From the NCBI GenBank assembly GCA_964016885.1, contig OZ024742.1, forward strand, positions 325,128,001 to 325,192,000: a stretch of 64,000 nt of DNA. Direction: 5' to 3'. The position numbers were made by a program, and so were the translations under genes. Origin of the DNA: Eledone cirrhosa (lineage: Eukaryota). Positions within the stretch are counted from its first letter, which is position 1. Each line of letters opens with the position of its first letter. The notes under the pieces are model-generated. The model ran no database searches. It had not been told where the DNA came from and worked only from the letters and a program-made list of their open reading frames with translations. This document shows, piece by piece, positions 33,541 to 47,800 of this stretch.

Positions 33541-36223
33541 GGACACGCTGAATCCTGGAAAAACACGTTAAGACCAATTGTTGTTCAAATGATGAAACAA
33601 ATGGTGCACTTGTCATCGGAACCAGATGAGGTCCAACACACAAAGTATTGATGTTGGACACTTCTTTTTTGCTGTAGTTAATTTTTGTTCTTTACCTATA
33701 CGTGTTCGTGTACCATTCTGAATATATATGTTTTACTGCCTTTACACAGACAAAACCTGAATGGCCTATTCTATTTATATATGCATATTACTAATGTTAC
33801 TTATTCTCTTAATACCTTATAATTTACTATTGCCAAAATAGTATTACTACCAAAATATAAATAGGCTGTTCCAATTTTCTAAACCAAGAAACCGCCACTC
33901 CCTCTAATTCTACAGCAAATATACATAAATAACTGTCGATATGAACACCTCTCGTACATATTTATTCTTACCAATCGATTCTCTAATTAGAATGTTATAT
34001 GACATCCAAATGCTTGATGCGTTTATCGACCCCTTATTGCATAAGAATGTGATTGATTTCTTTTTAGGGGATTGATGTGCATGGATGTAAGTGAGGATGT
34101 AACTTGATTAAACTAGTCTCAGATGATTAATATTACATATATTATCGGTCTTGAAAGAGAATCCAACAATATGAATCATAATACGACTTAAACGACTGAA
34201 GAGCCCTCAGATTGGACAGGACATAACGTTTCAATATTAAATTATATGTAGCATTTAGTTTGGTTATCTACAGTTTTTTGCAAACGTCCACTTAATTATA
34301 TTTAATGATGATTACAAATATGCACGAAACCATACAATCCTTTGCTATGAAACATTTAACTCTATGCCACTACATTTTTGTTTTTCTATTTATTTTATTT
34401 TTTACCACCAGAAAGTTTAAGACAAATCACGTTCAAACAAGAAGATATTGCGATTGAACATGAAATTACGAGATTGTCAAGCGAAGTTGTCAACTATTAC
34501 GCGATTAAATATTCTGATTTTATCGACGTTTGACGAATGAAAGACAAGTGACTCAACTGGGATTGAACTTGAAAATCATCACTAAGTGGGGCCTGGAAAC
34601 TGATCGCTGATCGGTGATCTCAGATGTCGATTATGCGAACGACAACATCCTGAAACAACAACAGTCACCTACGCAAGAAGAAGAAGAATAATAAGAAGAA
34701 GAAGGAGGAGGAGATCACTAAATAATGCAAATCACATTATCCCTCGTTCTAACAATTCTAGCATGTAAATTATATTCAGCGTGTAAATTGTATTTCATAA
34801 TAATTATAGAAATGATAATAAATCATTAGAAAGTTCGTATGATTTAAATGCAAAACTGAACGTATGGAATTTAAATGTTTATTACTAAGATTTAATCCTA
34901 AAACAGAAATTGCCCAGATCAGCCCTGTTTGGGCAGATATATAAACAGAGACGTTCTAGCCATGAACGTTTCATCAAAATGTTACTTGTTAATATATAAG
35001 AGAGTAGAGTGTGATTTGATGGAAATTGGCAGTTACTTCTTGCAAATCGATCTATCACTATAGGCCTTTTGTGAATTCCATATGTAATATATTTTTCTTT
35101 TCTTTCTAATTATGAAAGATAGTGATTTGTGTTCTTTGGTTTGTGTACGCATAATTAGATCGACGTCTTAGTCAACGAACGTATATATCTATATATATAT
35201 ATAATTGTCAATATTACCTCCGGTTACAGTAGTCGTGACATTTTAAGTCATCTGGTCTAAATCTTTCAGCAGATTTATTAGAGGATATTCAAGAACTTAA
35301 AAGCAATAATATTTCAGTGTTGACACAAGAACTAGACGTGCTATGTTACAGCCTCGAATGAAAATTGTATCAGACAATGCTGTGATATATAACTTTGTAA
35401 TGGTGGTATTAAAGAGATCGACATATTCTTTTCATATCAACCAGTATTTCATACATAATCCTTTCAAAAAGGTCAAGTGTGATAAGAATACTTATGGAAG
35501 TGTATTGACATCAATGAACGTGCTATAATTGTGCTATGTCTCTAGATAAAAGAAGTTGCGTGTCAAGGTTTAATTCTTAATGCACTGAACAGAATTAACG
35601 GTTTAGAGGAAAGACGAAAAACATGTTTTCTAGTTTTGTAATATTAATAAATGGTTAATCATAGTTGATATGATAATAAAATAACGAATAAAACATATAT
35701 AAGATTAAGAGGATAGGCATTATTGGACATTAAACACAATTATAAGTTAACATTTTTGTATGAAAAAATAAGCGTACAATTAACTTAGCAGTAAATCTTC
35801 CATTTTCGATATTATAAACAACAAAAGACAAGATTTGATTTCCTTCGAGTATTTTAAATTCGTATTGGTGAAGAGCTTTTCTTTGCAACCTATAGTGTAT
35901 ATTTTATTACATGACAGTGGTGAAGTTTCTAATACCTTAATAGCCATTTTGAAAATAACCATATGTAAGACTGAAATGATAACACCAGATATTCGAATGG
36001 AACGTCGATATATAGTGCGACATATCTTCATATTTTAGGTTCATTATATTGTTTGATTACTAATCTAAAGCTCAACGCTTTCTTTTCCATGTCTGGCATG
36101 ACGCTGAAAGTATCATTTAATGGCTTGACTTACGTAGAAACCAGAGTGCGGTATCAATACAACTATGACCCAGGGAGGTGATGCAAAGATAAATACCATG
36201 AAGGTTGTGATAAACATCAGCAA

Positions 36224-36780
36224 ACTTCTTCTTCTTCTTCGTCTTCTTCTTTTTCTTTTTCTTCATCTTCTTCTTCTTGCGTATGGGTCCTCAAACACGC
36301 CTTCCAGCTGTTCTTGACTGGAGAAACTATCTCCATTTGCTCCGTTTGAATACCCCAGTAAGAACACCCCAAAACATGGCTGTTATCCAACCATCTATGG
36401 AGAAGTAGCGTCTCTAGGAGGAGTGGTTCTCTGATCACCGAATCCGCTGTCTCTCGAGTAACGGTACACTAATAAGCTTTTGGGGAACCCCATTTCGGCC
36501 GCTTGTATTCGGTCATTACCCAATATTCATGACATAGGTAAGTGTTGACACGCATACCGAACTGAAACAGTGTTTTGGAAATGTACATCTATCTCCCGTC
36601 TCCAGATGACGGAAAAATGAAAGTGGTGCATTACTGCACCAATTCTTGTACTCCATCACCGGTGTAAACTGTCTCGAGTTGATTGAACCTCTCCATTTGC
36701 ATCAGTGGACATCTATTCATATGTAGAGGGTGCTATCCATGTTTACCTGAGAAGGCGCGTGTCTTAGTCTTCAGAAAAAT
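36224..36780 (-). mobile_element. Decayed RTE-like LINE 3' end with (GAA)n tail
   Basis: Minus-strand DRIQAAEMGF and IRE..LLETLLLH, followed by (GAA)n at 36224-36278. Confidence 0.7.
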
Positions 36781-37249
36781 AATTTTCCATGTAAGAGAGG
36801 TGCCATACGCAAGAATGTTAAATATATTTTAAGCAGAAGAATTATCTTCAACGGTGTGATATACATATTGCCATTTAAAACGGAGCCCTGTCCTTGATAT
36901 TTTAAGGTAATTTCATTTGAACAGTAACACTATTTGTAAAAATGCTTAATTGTCTTGCTTTTTACAATTGTTTCTATCTAATTTGATTGTGCTAAAACAT
37001 GTTCTCAGGAATGTTCTACTACGCCAAGAAGCTTTTGTTAAACAGTAACTCATTCTTTAGAAAACAAAGTCAATTACGTCATTAAATGCAATACTGAAAT
37101 AATAAATTAACAGAAACCAAATAACACGTTTTATTGTTTAAAAATATATTCCACAAAATGTTTAATTACACATCTGAGAATAGATATTTCCGTCACACTG
37201 GAGTTGTAACTAATCAACTTTCTCACTTTTGCTTTGCATGCATAACGTG

Positions 37250-37790
37250 CATTGCGACAGTCTCTTTGTAGACACCAGCAGTAGTGAGCCATCATGTTTA
37301 TCTCCCACCTGATTTGATACCTAAACTCCATAATCTTAATGGAATCTTTCTCCTTGCTTATCTCTCATTGCACCTATATTTTCAGGGATGTAGTCCAAAT
37401 GACAGTGCGGAAAATGCATTTTTACATTCATGTTGCCGCCAAGTGCTCGCAAATGGGTTAACAGAGTCTGTACAATTCGTCATAATTTGACAACTTCCTA
37501 TTTCCCAGGAAATTTGACAGAACCACAGAAAAAACATTTTAGGTTTCATTTTCAACACCAGACACTGTCTCAGAAAACTTCTCGTTATGTAATAGCCACC
37601 TAATCTGTGCTCCATCAGCATTACTTCCCTCACGAGATAAGGCTAAAAACCTTCTGGTTAAATATTTGAAGCAGTCACTATTCTGGTCCAAGTCCTTCAC
37701 AAACTGCTTCATCAGTCCAAGCTTGATAAGCAATAGGGGAAACAAACCCTTCAAATTAACCAGCGGCCTATTTAAAACATCCCTCTCTCT
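37250..37790 (-). mobile_element. Decayed DNA transposase C-terminus, probably CMC/Chapaev3-like
   Basis: LFPLLLIKLGLMKQFVKDLDQNSDCFKYL...GAQIRWLL...GERFH...MEFRYQIRWEINMMAHYCWCLQRD across frames. The superfamily assignment is from memory of the LPPLHIKLGL/DEQGERFHQ motifs. Confidence 0.65.
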
Positions 37791-37930
37791 ATGCCCAAGA
37801 ATGACCTACCACAGCATTTGAGTGGTATGCTTTTAACCTTTTGGTATAAGTCATGATATTCACTATAAAATGCATTTTTCGTATTATATATATACAAAAA
37901 TAACTTTTCAATGTTATTAAAACTTTTTCG

Positions 37931-37969
<39 letters not shown>

Positions 37970-38563
37970 TACACGAATGCAGTCAGTCTATGGTGTGATA
38001 AACACGAAAAACGTGACTCTGTAATTTAAAAATTTCTCTCATGAAACCGATTTCACTCAGACGAACCTATGCTATCATACATGAATATTATGTGTGTCTA
38101 TATAATATATATATATATATATATGTGAGTGTGTGTGTGTGTGTGTTGCAATTTGCATGTGTTATCACGAACAAAAGGGAAAGTATTCATAACGTTTATA
38201 GAGCATGGTGAAATATTAATTAAACAATGGCAGTTAAGGTTAATCTAATAGTTCATGTCAAATAGGTTTAGAAAAGAAAAGATTGTTCCATGTTAATCAA
38301 CAGTTGGATACTAAAGAGAGATGTTATCACTAGTAATGAAACTGTGAGTTGGTCATATCAACTTCTCTAGCCCTTTCAAAGTAAATCATCACCCTCAATA
38401 ACCCTGTTATGAGAATATTCTTGAAGAAACACTGTGACATTAAATGCAGTTATAGGAAGTATTGTCATATGTCCTTTATAGAAGGAAACTACAGGGAAGG
38501 AAGACAACAGAAAATCAGTGTTAAGGGTGATAAGACCTGATCTAAAATCATAGAACTTACATA

Positions 38564-38660
38564 ATTGTTTCTACATTAGGCACAAGGCCAGCAATAACCC
38601 ATTGCATTACTGGTACTTTATTTTATCGACCCCGTAAGGATGAAAGGCAAAGTTAATCTC
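38564..38660 (-). mobile_element. SINE family A, 3' part
   Basis: ctggtactttattttatcgaccccgtaaggatgaaaggcaaagttaa. Confidence 0.88.
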
Positions 38661-38808
38661 AATGTGGTTCAAACATCGTAAGCGACTCTATTTTCATTTT
38701 CACTCTTACGTCATATTTGTAAGTACATAATTTAAATTATATTATGCATATTTGGTTATAAAAACACGCGCGCACGCATACATATATATATGTATACTAT
38801 GTATTATT

Positions 38809-41800
38809 TACTCCCAGTATTGAGCGTTGTCTCCTGTATAGGATAGAACATTTCTATATTTCTATGTATTGATTACTCCCAGTATTGACAGTATTGTCTC
38901 CTGTATAGGATAGAACATTTCTATATTTCTATGTATTGATTACTCCCAGTATTGACAGTATTGTCTCCTGTATAGGATAGAACATTTCTATATTTCTATG
39001 TATTGATTACTCCCAGTATTGACAGTATTGTCTCCTGTATAGGATAGAACATTTCTATATTTCTATGTATTGATTACTCCCAGTATTGACAGTATTGTCT
39101 CCTGTATAGGATAGAACATTTCTATATTTCTATGTATTGATTACTCCCAGTATTGACAGTATTGTCTCCTGTATAGGATAGAATATTTCTATATTTCTAT
39201 GTATTGATTACTCCCAGTATTGACAGTATTGTCTCCTGTATATGATAGAACATTTCTATATTTCTATGTATTGATTACTCCCAGTATTGACAGTATTGTC
39301 TCCTGTATAGGATAGAATATTTCTATATTTCTATGTATTGATTACTCCCAGTATTGACAGTATTGTCTCCTGTATATGATAGAACATTTCTATATTTCTA
39401 TGTATTGATTACTCCCAGTATTGACAGTATTGTCTCCTGTATAGGTTAGAACATTTCTATATTTCTATGTATTGATTACTCCCAGTATTGACAGTATTGT
39501 CTCCTGTATAGGTTAGAACATTTCTATATTTCTATGTATTGATTACTCCCAGTATTGACAGTATTGTCTCCTGTATAGGTTAGAACATTTCTATATTTCT
39601 ATGTATTGATTACTCCCAGTATTGACAGTATTGTCTCCTGTATATGATAGAACATTTCTATATTTCTATGTATTGATTACTCTCAGTATTGACAGTATTG
39701 TCTCCTGTATAGGTTAGAACATTTCTATATTTCTATGTATTGATTACTCCCAGTATTGACAGTATTGTCTCCTGTATAGGTTAGAACATTTCTATATTTC
39801 TATGTATTGATTACTCCCAGTATTGACAGTATTGTCTCCTGTATATGATAGAACATTTCTATATTTCTATGTATTGATTACTCCCAGTATTGACAGTATT
39901 GTCTCCTGTATATGATAGAACATTTCTATATTTCTATGTATTGATTACTCCCAGTATTGACAGTATTGTCTCCTGTATAGGATAGAACATTTTCTATATT
40001 TCTATGTATTGATTACTCCCAGTATTGACAGTATTCTCTCCTGTATATGATAGAACATTTCTATATTTCTATGTATTGATTACTCCCAGTATTGACAGTA
40101 TTGTCTCCTGTATAGGATAGAACATTTCTATATTTCTATGTATTGATTACTCCCAGTATTGACAGTATTGTCTCCTGTATATGATAGAACATTTCTATAT
40201 TTCTATGTATTGATTACTCGCAGTATTGACAGTATTGTCTCCTGTATAGGATAGAACATTTCTATATTTCTATGTATTGATTACTCGCAGTATTGACAGT
40301 ATTGTCTCCTGTATAGGTTAGAACATTTCTATATTTCTATGTATTGATTACTCGCAGTATTGACAGTATTGTCTCCTGTATAGGATAGAACATTTCTATA
40401 TTTCTATGTATTGATTACCCCCAGTATTGACAGTATTGTCTCCTGTATAGGTTAGAACATTTCTATATTTCTATGTATTGATTACTCCCAGTATTGACAG
40501 TATTGTCTCCTGTATAGGATAGAACATTTCTATATTTCTATGTATTGATTACTCGCAGTATTGACAGTATTGTCTCCTGTATAGGTTAGAACATTTCTAT
40601 ATTTCTATGTATTGATTACTCGCAGTATTGACAGTATTGTCTCCTGTATAGGTTAGAACATTTCTATATTTCTATGTATTGATTACTCGCAGTATTGACA
40701 GTATTGTTTCCTGTATAGGATAGAACATTTCTATATTTCTATGTATTGATTACTCGCAGTATTGACAGTATTGTCTCCTGTATAGGTTAGAACATTTCTA
40801 TATTTCTATGTATTGATTACTCCCAGTATTGACAGTATTGTCTCCTGTATAGGATAGAACATTTCTATATTTCTATGTATTGATTACTCCCAGTATTGAC
40901 AGTATTGTCTCCTGTATATGATAGAACATTTCTATATTTCTAGGTATTGATTACTCCCAGTATTGACAGTATTGTCTCCTGTATATGATAGAACATTTCT
41001 ATATTTCTAGGTATTGATTACTCCCAGTATTGACAGTATTGTCTCCTGTATATGATAGAACATTTCTATATTTCTATGTATTGATTACTCCCAGTATTGA
41101 CAGTATTGTCTCCTGTATATGATAGAACATTTCTATATTTCTATGTATTGATTACTCCCAGTATTGAGCGTTGTCTCCTGTATAGGATAGAACATTTCTA
41201 TATTTCTATGTATTGATTACTCCCAGTATTGACAGTATTGTCTCCTGTATAGGATAGAACATTTCTATATTTCTATGTATTGATTACTCCCAGTATTGAC
41301 AGTATTGTCTCCTGTATAGGATAGAACATTTCTATATTTCTATGTATTGATTACTCCCAGTATTGACAGTATTGTCTCCTGTATAGGATAGAACATTTCT
41401 ATATTTCTATGTATTGATTACTCGCAGTATTGACAGTATTGTCTCCTGTATAGGTTAGAACATTTCTATATTTCTATGTATTGATTACTCGCAGTATTGA
41501 CAGTATTGTCTCCTGTATAGGTTAGAACATTTCTATATTTCTATGTATTGATTACTCGCAGTATTGACAGTATTGTCTCCTGTATAGGTTAGAACATTTC
41601 TATATTTCTATGTATTGATTACTCGCAGTATTGACAGTATTGTCTCCTGTATAGGTTAGAACATTTCTATATTTCTATGTATTGATTACTCGCAGTATTG
41701 ACAGTATTGTCTCCTGTATAGGTTAGAACATTTCTATATTTCTATGTATTGATTACTCGCAGTATTGACAGTATTGTCTCCTGTATAGGTTAGAACATTT

Positions 41801-44800
41801 CTATATTTCTATGTATTGATTACTCGCAGTATTGACAGTATTGTCTCCTGTATAGGTTAGAACATTTCTATATTTCTATGTATTGATTACTCGCAGTATT
41901 GACAGTATTGTCTCCTGTATAGGTTAGAACATTTCTATATTTCTATGTATTGATTACTCGCAGTATTGACAGTATTGTCTCCTGTATAGGTTAGAACATT
42001 TCTATATTTCTATGTATTGATTACTCCCAGTATTGAGCGTTGTCTCCTGTATAGGATAGAACATTTCTATATTTCTATGTATTGATTACTCCCAGTATTG
42101 ACAGTATTGTCTCCTGTATATGATAGAACATTTCTATATTTCTATGTATTGATTACTCCCAGTATTGAGCGTTGTCTCCTGTATAGGATAGAACATTTCT
42201 ATATTTCTATGTATTGATTACTCCCAGTATTGACAGTATTGTCTCCTGTATAGGATAGAACATTTCTATATTTCTATGTATTGATTACTCCCAGTATTGA
42301 GCGTTGTCTCCTGTATAGGATAGAATATTTCTATATTTCTATGTATTGATTACTCCCAGTATTGACAGTATTGTCTCCTGTATAGGATAGAACATTTCTA
42401 TATTTCTATGTATTGATTACTCCCAGTATTGAGCGTTGTCTCCTGTATAGGATAGAACATTTCTATATTTCTATGTATTGATTACTCCCAGTATTGAGCG
42501 TTGTCTCCTGTATAGGATAGAACATTTCTATATTTCTATGTATTGATTACTCCCAGTATTGACAGTATCGTCTCCTGTATAGGTTAGAACATTTCTATAT
42601 TTCTATGTATTGATTACTCCCTCTATTGACAGTATTGTCTCCTGTATAGGTTAGAACATTTCTATATTTCTATGTATTGATTACTCGCAGTATTGACAGT
42701 ATTGTTTCCTGTATAGGATAGAACATTTCTATATTTCTATGTATTGATTACTCGCAGTATTGACAGTATTGTCTCCTGTATAGGTTAGAACATTTCTATA
42801 TTTCTATGTATTGATTACTCCCAGTATTGACAGTATTGTCTCCTGTATAGGATAGAACATTTCTATATTTCTATGTATTGATTACTCCCAGTATTGACAG
42901 TATTGTCTCCTGTATATGATAGAACATTTCTATATTTCTAGGTATTGATTACTCCCAGTATTGACAGTATTGTCTCCTGTATATGATAGAACATTTCTAT
43001 ATTTCTAGGTATTGATTACTCCCAGTATTGACAGTATTGTCTCCTGTATATGATAGAACATTTCTATATTTCTATGTATTGATTACTCCCAGTATTGACA
43101 GTATTGTCTCCTGTATATGATAGAACATTTCTATATTTCTATGTATTGATTACTCCCAGTATTGAGCGTTGTCTCCTGTATAGGATAGAACATTTCTATA
43201 TTTCTATGTATTGATTACTCCCAGTATTGACAGTATTGTCTCCTGTATAGGATAGAACATTTCTATATTTCTATGTATTGATTACTCCCAGTATTGACAG
43301 TATTGTCTCCTGTATAGGATAGAACATTTCTATATTTCTATGTATTGATTACTCCCAGTATTGACAGTATTGTCTCCTGTATAGGATAGAACATTTCTAT
43401 ATTTCTATGTATTGATTACTCGCAGTATTGACAGTATTGTCTCCTGTATAGGTTAGAACATTTCTATATTTCTATGTATTGATTACTCGCAGTATTGACA
43501 GTATTGTCTCCTGTATAGGTTAGAACATTTCTATATTTCTATGTATTGATTACTCGCAGTATTGACAGTATTGTCTCCTGTATAGGTTAGAACATTTCTA
43601 TATTTCTATGTATTGATTACTCGCAGTATTGACAGTATTGTCTCCTGTATAGGTTAGAACATTTCTATATTTCTATGTATTGATTACTCGCAGTATTGAC
43701 AGTATTGTCTCCTGTATAGGTTAGAACATTTCTATATTTCTATGTATTGATTACTCGCAGTATTGACAGTATTGTCTCCTGTATAGGTTAGAACATTTCT
43801 ATATTTCTATGTATTGATTACTCGCAGTATTGACAGTATTGTCTCCTGTATAGGTTAGAACATTTCTATATTTCTATGTATTGATTACTCGCAGTATTGA
43901 CAGTATTGTCTCCTGTATAGGTTAGAACATTTCTATATTTCTATGTATTGATTACTCGCAGTATTGACAGTATTGTCTCCTGTATAGGTTAGAACATTTC
44001 TATATTTCTATGTATTGATTACTCCCAGTATTGAGCGTTGTCTCCTGTATAGGATAGAACATTTCTATATTTCTATGTATTGATTACTCCCAGTATTGAC
44101 AGTATTGTCTCCTGTATATGATAGAACATTTCTATATTTCTATGTATTGATTACTCCCAGTATTGAGCGTTGTCTCCTGTATAGGATAGAACATTTCTAT
44201 ATTTCTATGTATTGATTACTCCCAGTATTGACAGTATTGTCTCCTGTATAGGATAGAACATTTCTATATTTCTATGTATTGATTACTCCCAGTATTGAGC
44301 GTTGTCTCCTGTATAGGATAGAACATTTCTATATTTCTATGTATTGATTACTCCCAGTATTGACAGTATTGTCTCCTGTATAGGATAGAACATTTCTATA
44401 TTTCTATGTATTGATTACTCCCAGTATTGAGCGTTGTCTCCTGTATAGGATAGAACATTTCTATATTTCTATGTATTGATTATTCCCAGTATTGACAGTA
44501 TTGTCTCCTGTATAGGATAGAACATTTCTATATTTCTATGTATTGATTACTCCCAGTATTGAGCGTTGTCTCCTGTATAGGATAGAACATTTCTATATTT
44601 CTATGTATTGATTACTCCCAGTATTGACAGTATCGTCTCCTGTATAGGTTAGAACATTTCTATATTTCTATGTATTGATTACTCCCTCTATTGACAGTAT
44701 TGTCTCCTGTATAGGTTAGAACATTTCTATATTTCTATGTATTGATTACTCCCAGTATTGACAGTATTGTCTCCTGTATAGTTTAGAACATTTCTATATT

Positions 44801-47800
44801 TTTATGTATTGATTACTCCCAGTATTGACAGTATTGTCTCCTGTATAGTTTAGAACATTTCTATATTTCTATGTATTGATTACTCCCAGTATTGACAGTA
44901 TTGTCTCCTGTATATGATAGAACATTTCTATATTTCTATGTATTGATTACTCGCAGTATTGACAGTATTGTCTCCTGTATAGGTTAGAACATTTCTATAT
45001 TTCTATGTATTGATTACTCGCAGTATTGACAGTATTGTCTCCTGTATAGTTTAGAACATTTCTATATTTCTATGTATTGATTACTCCCAGTATTGACAGT
45101 ATTGTCTCCTGTATATGATAGAACATTTCTATATTTCTATGTATCGATTACTCCCAGTATTGACAGTATTGTCTCCTGTATAGGATAGAACATTTCTATA
45201 TTTCTATGTATTGATTACTCCCAGTATTGACAGTATTGTCTCCTGTATAGTTTAGAACATTTCTATATTTCTATGTATTGATTACTCCCAGTATTGACAG
45301 TATTGTCTCCTGTATAGTTTAGAACATTTCTATATTTCTATGTATTGATTACTCCCAGTATTGACAGTATTGTCTCCTGTATAGGATAGAACATTTCTAT
45401 ATTTCTATGTATTGATTACTCCCAGTATTGACAGTATTGTCTCCTGTATAGGATAGAATATTTCTATATTTCTATGTATTGATTACTCCCACTATTGACA
45501 GTATTGTCTCCTGTATAGGTTCGAACATTTCTATATTTCTATGTATTGATTACTCCCAGTATTGACAGTATTGTCTCCTGTATAGGATAGAACATTTCTA
45601 TATTTCTATGTATTGATTACTCCCAGTATTGACAGCATTGTCTACTGTATAGGATAGAACATTTCTATATTTCTATGTATTGATTACTCCCAGTATTGAC
45701 AGTATTGTCTCCTGTATAGGTTAGAACATTTCTATATTTCTATGTATTGATTACTCCCAGTATTGACAGTTTTGTCTCCTGTATAGGATAGAACATTTCT
45801 ATATTTCTATGTATTGATTACTCCCAGTATTGACAGTATTGTCTCCTGTATATGATAGAACATTTCTATATTTCTATGTATTGATTACTCCCAGTATTGA
45901 CAGTATTGTCTCCTGTATAGGTTAGAACTTTTCTATACTTCTATGTATTGATTACTCCCAGTATTGACAGTATTGTCTCCTGTATAGGATAGAACATTTC
46001 TATATTTCTATGTATTGATTACTCCCAGTATTGACAGCATTGTCTCCTGTATAGGTTAGAACATTTCTATATTTCTATGTATTGATTACTCCCAGTATTG
46101 ACAGTATTGTCTCCTGTATATGATAGAACATTTCTATATTTCTATGTATTGATTACTCCCAGTATTGACAGTATTGTCTCCTGTATAGGTTAGAACATTT
46201 CTATATTTCTATGTATTGATTACTCCCAGTATTGACAGTATTGTCTCCTGTATATGATAGAACATTTCTATATTTCTATGTATTGATTACTCCCAGTATT
46301 GACAGTATTGTCTCCTGTATAGGTTAGAACATTTCTATATTTCTATGTATTGATTACTCCCAGTATTGACAGTATTGTCTCCTGTATATGATAGAACATT
46401 TCTATATTTCTATGTATTGATTACTCCCAGTATTGACAGTATTGTCTCCTGTATATGATAGAACATTTCTATATTTCTATGTATTGATTACTCCCAGTAT
46501 GGACAGCATTGTCTCCTGTATAGGTTAGAACATTTCTATATTTCTATGTATTGATTACTCCCAGTATTGACAGTATTGTCTCCTGTATATGATAGAACAT
46601 TTCTATATTTCTATGTATTGATTACTCCCAGTATTGACAGTATTGTCTCCTGTATAGGTTAGAACATTTCTATATTTCTATGTATTGATTACTCCCAGTA
46701 TTGACAGTATTGTCTCCTGTATATGATAGAACATTTCTATATTTCTATGTATTGATTACTCCCAGTATTGACAGTATTGTCTCCTGTATAGGTTAGAACA
46801 TTTCTATATTTCTATGTATTGATTACTCCCAGTATTGACAGTATTGTCTCCTGTATAGGTTAGAACATTTCTATATTTCTAGGTATTGATTACTCCCAGT
46901 ATTGACAGTATTGTCTCCTGTATAGGATAGAACATTTCTATATTTCTATGTATTGATTACTCCCAGTATTGACAGTATTGTCTCCTGTATAGGTTAGAAC
47001 ATTTCTATATTTCTATGTATTGATTACTCCCAGTATTGACAGTATTGTCTCCTGTATATGATAGAACATTTCTATATTTCTATGTATTGATTACTCCCAG
47101 TATTGACAGTATTGTCTCCTGTATATGATAGAACATTTCTATATTTCTATGTATTGATTACTCCCAGTATTGACAGTATTGTCTCCTGTATAGGATAGAA
47201 CATTTCTATATTTCTATGTATTGATTACTCCCAGTATTGACAGCATTGTCTCCTGTATAGGATAGAACATTTCTATATTTCTATGTATTGATTACTCCCA
47301 GTATTGACAGTATTGTCTCCTGTATAGGATAGAACATTTCTATATTTCTATGTATTGATTACCCCCAGTATTGACAGTATTGTCTCCTGTATAGGATAGA
47401 ACATTTCTATATTTCTATGTATTGATTACTCCCAGTATTGACAGTATTGTCACCTGTGTAGGATAGAACATTTCTATATTTCTATGTATTGATTACTCCC
47501 AGTATTGACAGTATTGTCTCCTGTATATGATAGAACATTTCTATATTTCTATGTATTGATTACTCCCAGTATTGACAGTATTGTCTCCTGTATAGGTTAG
47601 AACTTTTCTATACTTCTATGTATTGATTACTCCCAGTATTGACAGTATTGTCTCCTGTATAGGATAGAACATTTCTATATTTCTATGTATTGATTACTCC
47701 CAGTATTGACAGCATTGTCTCCTGTATAGGTTAGAACATTTCTATATTTCTATGTATTGATTACTCCCAGTATTGACAGTATTGTCTCCTGTATATGATA

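Noticed and set aside
34195-34235. Possible hammerhead CTGAAGA-gccct...aggac-ataa-cgtt
   Set aside because: GAAA and stem I are too degraded to support a call.
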